From assembly GCA_964057225.1 (NCBI GenBank), contig OZ059900.1, positions 9,052,001 through 9,116,000 of the forward strand: a DNA stretch of 64,000 nt, written 5' to 3'. Positions 1-12,900 of the stretch are shown piece by piece. The stretch comes from Auanema rhodensis. Its lineage: Eukaryota; Animalia; Nematoda. How positions within the stretch are numbered: position 1 is the stretch's first letter; every line of letters starts with the position of its first letter. The position numbers were made by a program, and so were the translations under genes. A model generated the notes under the pieces. The model saw only the letters and a list, made by a program, of their open reading frames with translations. It had not been told where the DNA came from and searched no databases.

Positions 1-900
1 TCGGTGAAATGTAATAGTAGTTGTAAGAGTATGCAATTGAGAGATAGTAAAGGAACATCAGAATATGCGAACATAACATAGTAGTAGGAGGAAGCATTTA
101 TATGTGCATACACATATGGATAGACAAGTGCAATCACTACTGTGCAATTAAAACCACTTTGAACATCCGAAATCAAGAATTTCCAAAGCACTTGAATAAA
201 TTAACTACAAAGATTGAGTTTGAGGTTATACGGAAAATGATAGTTATCGTGAGACAGACATATATAATACAATATATAAATATATATTATATATATATAA
301 TATGACATCACAAAAAATGTGAAAATAATAGAAAAAACAGTACTTACAAGAATGAAATATATTGCGAATTTCCAAAATAATATTGAATGGGAAAAGGCCA
401 CTTCAAAAATTAGATAAACCAATCGTTCATTTAAGATTTAGCCTTGAATGTTAAGAACACAATTATGCATAATTTCCACTTGCCCCGTTAATTGTTTGAT
501 GGCCCCACAGGGACGTTTCCCTAGTCAAGAAGCTGTCATCAACTCAAATTGTTGCTAAAGCTCTGAAAATGCTAAAATATATTGAAACTTGCAACTAAAT
601 TAAGTAAACAAAACAGATTACAAGAATAATTACAACAGGATATTATATTTGAGCAAAAAAAATGTTACTATTCAGGGCATACTATCATCTCAGCATTTTT
701 ACCGAAACTTTGAAAGATATTTATGAATTATTGTATAAAGGTGCAACAGAGCTGCTTGCCAGCTAATTCAAAGTAACAAACAAACAAATGCATGAAAACC
801 TTCCAAAACATTTCATATTCACAATTTTTGAACTTTTTCCTCATAACTTAAATAGTTTTTGAAAGAAAGAAAGAATAACTAAGCTATTCACTCTATAAGA
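1..900. other. AT-rich non-repetitive flank; no supportable gene
   Basis: Only two short low-complexity ORFs overlapping a TA-rich tract (~260-305). The sequence grades into a degenerate satellite edge at ~886-900. Confidence 0.6.
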
Positions 901-3900
901 TTCCTTCTCTTTAATCATCTTCATTATTGAATTGAATTGTTTCGAAAATTTTTATTTCTCTTGAAATTTCAATCGATATCATCTCTTCCCTATACATGTT
1001 GTTTTGAAAATCAATATGGAATTATCTATAGTTTTGACTGTTACTTGTAATTCTCTATAGATCTCTCTTTCTGTTTAATCATTTTCAGTATTGAATTGAA
1101 TTGTTTCGAAAATTTTTATTTCTCTTGAAATTTCAATCGATATCATCTTTTACCTATACCTGTTGTTTTGAAAATCAATATGGAATTGTCTATAGTTTTT
1201 ACTTTTACTTGTGATTCTCTATAGATATTTTCTTCTCTTTAATCATCTTAAGTATTGAATTGAATTGTTTCGAAAATTTTTATTTCTCTTGAAATTTCAA
1301 TCGATATCATCTTTTACCTATACATGTTGTTTTGAAAATCAATATGGAATTGTCTATAGTTTTTACTTTTACTTGTGATTCTCTATAGATATTTTCTTCT
1401 CTTTAATCATCTTAAGTATTGAATTGAATTGTTTCGAAAATTTTTATTTCTCTTGAAATTTCAATCGATATCATCTTTTACCTATACATGTTGTTTTGAA
1501 AATCAATATGGAATTGTCTATAGTTTTTACTTTTACTTGTGATTCTCTATAGATATTTTCTTCTTTTTAATCATCTTAAGTATTGAATTGAATTGTTTAG
1601 AAAATTTTTATTTCTCTTGAAATTTCAATCGATATCATCTTTTACCTATACATGTTGTTTTGAAAATCAATATGGAATTGTCTATAGTTTTTACTTTTAC
1701 TTGTGATTCTCTATAGATATTTTCTTCTCTTTAATCATCTTCATTATTGAATTGAATTGTTTCGAAAATTTTTATTTCTCTTGAAATTTCAATCGATATC
1801 ATCTTTTACCTATACATGTTGTTTTGAAAATCAATATGGAATTGTCTATAGTTTTTACTTTTACTTGTGATTCTCTATAGATATTTTCTTCTCTTTAATC
1901 ATCTTAAGTATTGAATTGAATTGTTTCGAAAATTTTTATTTCTCTTGAAATTTCAATCGATATCATCTTTTACCTATACATGTTGTTTTGAAAATCAATA
2001 TGGAATTGTCTATAGTTTTTACTTTTACTTGTGATTCTCTATAGATATTTTCTTCTTTTTAATCATCTTAAGTATTGAATTGAATTGTTTAGAAAATTTT
2101 TATTTCTCTTGAAATTTCAATCGATATCATCTTTTACCTATACATGTTGTTTTGAAAATCAATATGGAATTGTCTATAGTTTTTACTTTTACTTGTGATT
2201 CTCTATAGATATTTTCTTCTCTTTAATCATCTTCATTATTGAATTGAATTGTTTCGAAAATTTTTATTTCTCTTGAAATTTCAATCGATATCATCTTTTA
2301 CCTATACATGTTGTTTTGAAAATCAATATGGAATTGTCTATAGTTTTTACTTTTACTTGTGATTCTCTATAGATATTTTCTTCTCTTTAATCATCTTAAG
2401 TATTGAATTGAATTGTTTCGAAAATTTTTATTTCTCTTGAAATTTCAATCGATATCATCTTTTACCTATACATGTTGTTTTGAAAATCAATATGGAATTG
2501 TCTATAGTTTTTACTTTTACTTGTGATTCTCTATAGATATTTTCTTCTCTTTAATCATCTTAAGTATTGAATTGAATTGTTTCGAAAATTTTTATTTCTC
2601 TTGAAATTTCAATCGATATCATCTTTTACCTATACATGTTGTTTTGAAAATCAATATGGAATTGTCTATAGTTTTTACTTTTACTTGTGATTCTCTATAG
2701 ATATTTTCTTCTTTTTAATCATCTTAAGTATTGAATTGAATTGTTTAGAAAATTTTTATTTCTCTTGAAATTTCAATCGATATCATCTTTTACCTATACA
2801 TGTTGTTTTGAAAATCAATATGGAATTGTCTATAGTTTTTACTTTTACTTGTGATTCTCTATAGATATTTTCTTCTCTTTAATCATCTTCATTATTGAAT
2901 TGAATTGTTTCGAAAATTTTTATTTCTCTTGAAATTTCAATCGATATCATCTTTTACCTATACATGTTGTTTTGAAAATCAATATGGAATTGTCTATAGT
3001 TTTTACTTTTACTTGTGATTCTCTATAGATATTTTCTTCTCTTTAATCATCTTAAGTATTGAATTGAATTGTTTCGAAAATTTTTATTTCTCTTGAAATT
3101 TCAATCGATATCATCTTTTACCTATACATGTTGTTTTGAAAATCAATATGGAATTGTCTATAGTTTTTACTTTTACTTGTGATTCTCTATAGATATTTTC
3201 TTCTTTTTAATCATCTTAAGTATTGAATTGAATTGTTTAGAAAATTTTTATTTCTCTTGAAATTTCAATCGATATCATCTTTTACCTATACATGTTGTTT
3301 TGAAAATCAATATGGAATTGTCTATAGTTTTTACTTTTACTTGTGATTCTCTATAGATATTTTCTTCTCTTTAATCATCTTCATTATTGAATTGAATTGT
3401 TTCGAAAATTTTTATTTCTCTTGAAATTTCAATCGATATCATCTTTTACCTATACATGTTGTTTTGAAAATCAATATGGAATTGTCTATAGTTTTTACTT
3501 TTACTTGTGATTCTCTATAGATATTTTCTTCTCTTTAATCATCTTAAGTATTGAATTGAATTGTTTCGAAAATTTTTATTTCTCTTGAAATTTCAATCGA
3601 TATCATCTTTTACCTATACATGTTGTTTTGAAAATCAATATGGAATTGTCTATAGTTTTTACTTTTACTTGTGATTCTCTATAGATATTTTCTTCTCTTT
3701 AATCATCTTAAGTATTGAATTGAATTGTTTCGAAAATTTTTATTTCTCTTGAAATTTCAATCGATATCATCTTTTACCTATACATGTTGTTTTGAAAATC
3801 AATATGGAATTGTCTATAGTTTTTACTTTTACTTGTGATTCTCTATAGATATTTTCTTCTCTTTAATCATCTTAAGTATTGAATTGAATTGTTTCGAAAA

Positions 3901-6900
3901 TTTTTATTTCTCTTGAAATTTCAATCGATATCATCTTTTACCTATACATGTTGTTTTGAAAATCAATATGGAATTGTCTATAGTTTTTACTTTTACTTGT
4001 GATTCTCTATAGATATTTTCTTCTTTTTAATCATCTTAAGTATTGAATTGAATTGTTTAGAAAATTTTTATTTCTCTTGAAATTTCAATCGATATCATCT
4101 TTTACCTATACATGTTGTTTTGAAAATCAATATGGAATTGTCTATAGTTTTTACTTTTACTTGTGATTCTCTATAGATATTTTCTTCTCTTTAATCATCT
4201 TCATTATTGAATTGAATTGTTTCGAAAATTTTTATTTCTCTTGAAATTTCAATCGATATCATCTTTTACCTATACATGTTGTTTTGAAAATCAATATGGA
4301 ATTGTCTATAGTTTTTACTTTTACTTGTGATTCTCTATAGATATTTTCTTCTCTTTAATCATCTTAAGTATTGAATTGAATTGTTTCGAAAATTTTTATT
4401 TCTCTTGAAATTTCAATCGATATCATCTTTTACCTATACATGTTGTTTTGAAAATCAATATGGAATTGTCTATAGTTTTTACTTTTACTTGTGATTCTCT
4501 ATAGATATTTTCTTCTCTTTAATCATCTTAAGTATTGAATTGAATTGTTTCGAAAATTTTTATTTCTCTTGAAATTTCAATCGATATCATCTTTTACCTA
4601 TACCTGTTGTTTTGAAAATCAATATGGAATTGTCTATAGTTTTTACTTTTACTTGTGATTCTCTATAGATATTTTCTTCTCTTTAATCATCTTAAGTATT
4701 GAATTGAATTGTTTCGAAAATTTTTATTTCTCTTGAAATTTCAATCGATATCATCTTTTACCTATACATGTTGTTTTGAAAATCAATATGGAATTGTCTA
4801 TAGTTTTTACTTTTACTTGTGATTCTCTATAGATATTTTCTTCTCTTTAATCATCTTAAGTATTGAATTGAATTGTTTCGAAAATTTTTATTTCTCTTGA
4901 AATTTCAATCGATATCATCTTTTACCTATACATGTTGTTTTGAAAATCAATATGGAATTGTCTATAGTTTTTACTTTTACTTGTGATTCTCTATAGATAT
5001 TTTCTTCTCTTTAATCATCTTAAGTATTGAATTGAATTGTTTCGAAAATTTTTATTTCTCTTGAAATTTCAATCGATATCATCTTTTACCTATACATGTT
5101 GTTTTGAAAATCAATATGGAATTGTCTATAGTTTTTACTTTTACTTGTGATTCTCTATAGATATTTTCTTCTCTTTAATCATCTTAAGTATTGAATTGAA
5201 TTGTTTCGAAAATTTTTATTTCTCTTGAAATTTCAATCGATATCATCTTTTACCTATACATGTTGTTTTGAAAATCAATATGGAATTGTCTATAGTTTTT
5301 ACTTTTACTTGTGATTCTCTATAGATATTTTCTTCTCTTTAATCATCTTCATTATTGAATTGAATTGTTTCGAAAATTTTTATTTCTCTTGAAATTTCAA
5401 TCGATATCATCTTTTACCTATACATGTTGTTTTGAAAATCAATATGGAATTGTCTATAGTTTTTACTTTTACTTGTGATTCTCTATAGATATTTTCTTCT
5501 TTTTAATCATTTTCAGTATTGAATTGAATTGTTTCGAAAATTTTTATTTCTCTTGAAATTTCAATCGATATCATCTTTTACCTATACATGTTGTTTTGAT
5601 AATCAATATGGAATTGTCTATAGTTTTTACTTTTACTTGTGATTCTATATAGATCTCTCTTTCTGTTTAATCATTTTCAGTATTGAATTGAATTGTTTCG
5701 AAAATTTTTATTTCTCTTGAAATTTCAATCGATATCATCTCTTCCCTATACATGTTGTTTTGATAATCAATATGGAATTGTCTATAGTTTTGACTGTTAC
5801 TTGTGATTCTATATAGATCTCTCTTTCTGTTTAATCATTTTCAGTATTGAATTGAATTGTTTCGAAAATTTTTATTTCTCTTGAAATTTCAATCGATATC
5901 ATCTTTTACCTATACATGTTGTTTTGAAAATCAATATGGAATTGTCTATAGTTTTGACTGTTACTTGTGATTCTATATAGATCTCTCTTTCTGTTTAATC
6001 ATTTTCAGTATTGAATTGAATTGTTTCGAAAATTTTTATTTCTCTTGAAATTTCAATCGATATCATCTTTTACCTATACATGTTGTTTTGAAAATCAATA
6101 TGGAATTGTCTATAGTTTTGACTGTTACTTGTGATTCTATATAGATCTCTCTTTCTGTTTAATCATTTTCAGTATTGAATTGAATTGTTTCGAAAATTTT
6201 TATTTCTCTTGAAATTTCAATCGATATCATCTTTTACCTATACATGTTGTTTTGAAAATCAATATGGAATTGTCTATAGTTTTTACTTTTACTTGTGATT
6301 CTCTATAGATATTTTCTTCTCTTTAATCATCTTCATTATTGAATTAAATTGTTTCGAAAATTTTTATTTCTCTTGAAATTTCAATCGATATCATCTCTTC
6401 CCTATACATGTTGTTTTGATAATCAATATGGAATTGTCTATAGTTTTTACTTTTACTTGTGATTCTATATAGATCTCTCTTTCTGTTTAATCATTTTCAG
6501 TATTGAATTGAATTGTTTCGAAAATTTTTATTTCTCTTGAAATTTCAATCGATATCATCTCTTCCCTATACATGTTGTTTTGATAATCAATATGGAATTG
6601 TCTATAGTTTTGACTGTTACTTGTGATTCTATATAGATCTCTCTTTCTGTTTAATCATTTTCAGTATTGAATTGAATTGTTTCGAAAATTTTTATTTCTC
6701 TTGAAATTTCAATCGATATCATCTTTTACCTATACATGTTGTTTTGAAAATCAATATGGAATTGTCTATAGTTTTTACTTTTACTTGTGATTCTCTATAG
6801 ATATTTTCTTCTCTTTAATCATCTTCATTATTGAATTAAATTGTTTCGAAAATTTTTATTTCTCTTGAAATTTCAATCGATATCATCTTTTACCTATACA

Positions 6901-9900
6901 TGTTGTTTTGAAAATCAATATGGAATTGTCTATAGTTTTTACTTTTACTTGTGATTCTCTATAGATATTTTCTTCTCTTTAATCATCTTCATTATTGAAT
7001 TAAATTGTTTCGAAAATTTTTATTTCTCTTGAAATTTCAATCGATATCATCTCTTCCCTATACATGTTGTTTTGAAAATCAATATGGAATTGTCTATAGT
7101 TTTGACTGTTACTTGTGATTCTATATAGATCTCTCTTTCTGTTTAATCATTTTCAGTATTGAATTGAATTGTTTCGAAAATTTTTATTTCTCTTGAAATT
7201 TCAATCGATATCATCTTTTACCTATACATGTTGTTTTGAAAATCAATATGGAATTGTCTATAGTTTTTACTTTTACTTGTGATTCTCTATAGATATTTTC
7301 TTCTCTTTAATCATCTTCATTATTGAATTAAATTGTTTCGAAAATTTTTATTTCTCTTGAAATTTCAATCGATATCATCTTTTACCTATACATGTTGTTT
7401 TGAAAATCAATATGGAATTGTCTATAGTTTTTACTTTTACTTGTGATTCTATATAGATCTCTCTTTCTGTTTAATCATTTTAAGTATTGAATTGAATTGT
7501 TTCGAAAATTTTTATTTCTCTTGAAATTTCAATCGATATCATCTTTTACCTATACATGTTGTTTTGAAAATCAATATGGAATTGTCTGTAGTTTTGACTG
7601 TTACTTGTGATTCTATATAGATATTTTCTTCTCTTTAATCATCTTAAGTATTGAATTGAATTGTTTCGAAAATTTTTATTTCTCTTGAAATTTCAATCGA
7701 TATCATCTTTTACCTATACATGTTGTTTTGAAAATCAATATGGAATTGTCTATAGTTTTTACTTTTACTTGTGATTCTCTATAGATATTTTCTTCTCTTT
7801 AATCATCTTCATTATTGAATTAAATTGTTTCGAAAATTTTTATTTCTCTTGAAATTTCAATCGATATCATCTCTTCCCTATACATGTTGTTTTGAAAATC
7901 AATATGGAATTGTCTATAGTTTTGACTTTTACTTGTGATTCTATATAGATCTCTCTTTCTGTTTAATCATTTTAAGTATTGAATTGAATTGTTTCGAAAA
8001 TTTTTATTTCTCTTGAAATTTCAATCGATATCATCTTTTACCTATACATGTTGTTTTGAAAATCAATATGGAATTGTCTATAGTTTTTACTTTTACTTGT
8101 GATTCTCTATAGATATTTTCTTCTCTTTAATCATCTTCATTATTGAATTAAATTGTTTCGAAAATTTTTATTTCTCTTGAAATTTCAATCGATATCATCT
8201 TTTACCTATACATGTTGTTTTGAAAATCAATATGGAATTGTCTATAGTTTTTACTTTTACTTGTGATTCTCTATAGATATTTTCTTCTCTTTAATCATCT
8301 TCATTATTGAATTAAATTGTTTCGAAAATTTTTATTTCTCTTGAAATTTCAATCGATATCATCTTTTACCTATACATGTTGTTTTGAAAATCAATATGGA
8401 ATTGTCTATAGTTTTTACTTTTACTTGTGATTCTCTATAGATATTTTCTTCTCTTTAATCATCTTCATTATTGAATTAAATTGTTTCGAAAATTTTTATT
8501 TCTCTTGAAATTTCAATCGATATCATCTTTTACCTATACATGTTGTTTTGAAAATCAATATGGAATTGTCTATAGTTTTGACTTTTACTTGTGATTCTAT
8601 ATAGATCTCTCTTTCTGTTTAATCATTTTAAGTATTGAATTGAATTGTTTCGAAAATTTTTATTTCTCTTGAAATTTCAATCGATATCATCTTTTACCTA
8701 TACATGTTGTTTTGAAAATCAATATGGAATTGTCTATAGTTTTTACTTTTACTTGTGATTCTCTATAGATATTTTCTTCTCTTTAATCATCTTCATTATT
8801 GAATTAAATTGTTTCGAAAATTTTTATTTCTCTTGAAATTTCAATCGATATCATCTCTTCCCTATACATGTTGTTTTGAAAATCAATATGGAATTGTCTA
8901 TAGTTTTGACTGTTACTTGTGATTCTATATAGATCTCTCTTTCTGTTTAATCATTTTCAGTATTGAATTGAATTGTTTCGAAAATTTTTATTTCTCTTGA
9001 AATTTCAATCGATATCATCTTTTACCTATACCTATATTTTCAGTATTGAATTGAATTGTTTCGAAAATTTTTATTTCTCTTGAAATTTCAATCGATATCA
9101 TCTCTTCCCTATACATGTTGTTTTGAAAATCAATATGGAATTGTCTATAGTTTTTACTTTTACTTGTTATTCTATATAGATATTTTCTTCTCTTTAATCA
9201 TCTTAAGTATTGAATTGAATTGTTTCGAAAATTTTTATTTCTCTTGAAATTTCAATCGATATCATCTTTTACCTATACATGTTGTTTTGAAAATCAATAT
9301 GGAATTGTCTATAGTTTTTACTTTTACTTGTTATTCTATATAGATATTTTCTTCTCTTTAATCATCTTAAGTATTGAATTGAATTGTTTCGAAAATTTTT
9401 ATTTCTCTTGAAATTTCAATCGATATCATCTCTTCCCTATACATGTTGTTTTGATAATCAATATGGAATTGTCTATAGTTTTTACTTTTACTTGTTATTC
9501 TATATAGATATTTTCTTCTCTTTAATCATCTTAAGTATTGAATTGAATTGTTTCGAAAATTTTTATTTCTCTTGAAATTTCAATCGATATCATCTTTTAC
9601 CTATACATGTTGTTTTGAAAATCAATATGGAATTGTCTATAGTTTTTACTTTTACTTGTTATTCTATATAGATATTTTCTTCTCTTTAATCATCTTAAGT
9701 ATTGAATTGAATTGTTTCGAAAATTTTTATTTCTCTTGAAATTTCAATCGATATCATCTCTTCCCTATACATGTTGTTTTGAAAATCAATATGGAATTGT
9801 CTATAGTTTTTACTTTTACTTGTTATTCTATATAGATATTTTCTTCTCTTTAATCATCTTAAGTATTGAATTGAATTGTTTCGAAAATTTTTATTTCTCT

Positions 9901-12900
9901 TGAAATTTCAATCGATATCATCTCTTCCCTATACATGTTGTTTTGATAATCAATATGGAATTGTCTATAGTTTTTACTTTTACTTGTTATTCTATATAGA
10001 TATTTTCTTCTCTTTAATCATCTTAAGTATTGAATTGAATTGTTTCGAAAATTTTTATTTCTCTTGAAATTTCAATCGATATCATCTTTTACCTATACAT
10101 GTTGTTTTGAAAATCAATATGGAATTGTCTATAGTTTTTACTTTTACTTGTTATTCTATATAGATATTTTCTTCTCTTTAATCATCTTAAGTATTGAATT
10201 GAATTGTTTCGAAAATTTTTATTTCTCTTGAAATTTCAATCGATATCATCTTTTACCTATACATGTTGTTTTGAAAATCAATATGGAATTGTCTATAGTT
10301 TTTACTTTTACTTGTTATTCTATATAGATATTTTCTTCTCTTTAATCATCTTAAGTATTGAATTGAATTGTTTCGAAAATTTTTATTTCTCTTGAAATTT
10401 CAATCGATATCATCTCTTCCCTATACATGTTGTTTTGATAATCAATATGGAATTGTCTATAGTTTTTACTTTTACTTGTTATTCTATATAGATATTTTCT
10501 TCTCTTTAATCATCTTAAGTATTGAATTGAATTGTTTCGAAAATTTTTATTTCTCTTGAAATTTCAATCGATATCATCTTTTACCTATACATGTTGTTTT
10601 GAAAATCAATATGGAATTGTCTATAGTTTTTACTTTTACTTGTGATTCTATACAGATCTCTCTTTCTGTTTAATCATTTTCAGTATTGAATTGAATTGTT
10701 TCGAAAATTTTTATTTCTCTTGAAATTTCAATCGATATCATCTTTTACCTATACATGTTGTTTTGAAAATCAATATGGAATTGTCTATAGTTTTTACTTT
10801 TACTTGTGATTCTCTATAGATATTTTCTTCTCTTTAATCATCTTAAGTATTGAATTGAATTGTTTCGAAAATTTTTATTTCTCTTGAAATTTCAATCGAT
10901 ATCATCTTTTACCTATACATGTTGTTTTGAAAATCAATATGGAATTGTCTATAGTTTTTACTTTTACTTGTGATTCTATATAGATCTCTCTTTCTGTTTA
11001 ATCATTTTCAGTATTGAATTGAATTGTTTCGAAAATTTTTATTTCTCTTGAAATTTCAATCGATATCATCTTTTACCTATACATGTTGTTTTGAAAATCA
11101 ATATGGAATTGTCTATAGTTTTTACTTTTACTTGTGATTCTCTATAGATATTTTCTTCTCTTTAATCATCTTAAGTATTGAATTGAATTGTTTCGAAAAT
11201 TTTTATTTCTCTTGAAATTTCAATCGATATCATCTTTTACCTATACATGTTGTTTTGAAAATCAATATGGAATTGTCTATAGTTTTTACTTTTACTTGTG
11301 ATTCTATATAGATCTCTCTTTCTGTTTAATCATCTTCATTATTGAATTAAATTGTTTCGAAAATTTTTATTTCTCTTGAAATTTCAATCGATATCATCTC
11401 TTCCCTATACATGTTGTTTTGAAAATCAATATGGAATTGTCTATAGTTTTGACTGTTACTTGTGATTCTATATAGATATTTTCTTCTCTTTAATCATCTT
11501 AAGTATTGAATTGAATTGTTTCGAAAATTTTTATTTCTCTTGAAATTTCAATCGATATCATCTCTTCCCTATACATGTTGTTTTGAAAATCAATATGGAA
11601 TTGTCTATAGTTTTGACTGTTACTTGTGATTCTATATAGATATTTTCTTCTCTTTAATCATCTTAAGTATTGAATTGAATTGTTTCGAAAATTTTTATTT
11701 CTCTTGAAATTTCAATCGATATCATCTCTTCCCTATACATGTTGTTTTGAAAATCAATATGGAATTGTCTATAGTTTTTACTTTTACTTGTGATTCTATA
11801 TAGATCTCTCTTTCTGTTTAATCATTTTCAGTATTGAATTGAATTGTTTCGAAAATTTTTATTTCTCTTGAAATTTCAATCGATATCATCTTTTACCTAT
11901 ACATGTTGTTTTGATAATCATTATGGAATTGTCTATAGTTTTTACTTTTACTTGTGATTCTATATAGATCTCTCTTTCTGTTTAATCATTTTCAGTATTT
12001 AATTGAATTGTTTCGAAAATTTTTATTTCTCTTGAAATTTCAATCGATATCATCTCTTCCCTATACATGTTGTTTTGATAATCAATATGGAATTGTCTAT
12101 AGTTTTTACTTTTACTTGTGATTCTATATAGATCTCTCTTTCTGTTTAATCATTTTCAGTATTGAATTGAATTGTTTCGAAAATTTTTATTTCTCTTGAA
12201 ATTTCAATCGATATCATCTTTTACCTATACATGTTGTTTTGATAATCATTATGGAATTGTCTATAGTTTTTACTGTTACTTGTGATTCTATATAGATCTC
12301 TCTTTCTGTTTAATCATTTTCAGTATTGAATTGAATTGTTTCGAAAATTTTTATTTCTCTTGAAATTTCAATCGATATCATCTTTTACCTATACATGTTG
12401 TTTTGATAATCAATATGGAATTGTCTATAGTTTTTACTGTTACTTGTGATTCTATATAGATCTCTCTTTCTGTTTAATCATTTTCAGTATTGAATTGAAT
12501 TGTTTCGAAAATTTTTATTTCTCTTGAAATTTCAATCGATATCATCTTTTACCTATACATGTTGTTTTGATAATCATTATGGAATTGTCTATAGTTTTTA
12601 CTTTTACTTGTGATTCTATATAGATCTCTCTTTCTGTTTAATCATTTTCAGTATTGAATTGAATTGTTTCGAAAATTTTTATTTCTCTTGAAATTTCAAT
12701 CGATATCATCTCTTCCCTATACATGTTGTTTTGATAATCAATATGGAATTGTCTATAGTTTTTACTGTTACTTGTGATTCTATATAGATCTCTCTTTCTG
12801 TTTAATCATTTTCAGTATTGAATTGAATTGTTTCGAAAATTTTTATTTCTCTTGAAATTTCAATCGATATCATCTTTTACCTATACATGTTGTTTTGATA

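Noticed and set aside
102-422. Two short ORFs in the left flank; AGTTTGAG|GT at ~217-226 resembling the end of nematode SL1; a minus-strand GTAAGT at ~342-347
   Set aside because: The ORFs are low-complexity. The SL1 match is only 8 nt, lacking the rest of GGTTTAATTACCCAAGTTTGAG. I could not assemble a consistent exon chain.
9056-10559. Nine near-identical 63-aa ORFs (MFRKFLFLLK...)
   Set aside because: These are TTG-started frames created by a local satellite variant (tga to tta) that removes a stop codon. They are spaced at 164 bp and have low-complexity F/Y/I/L composition.
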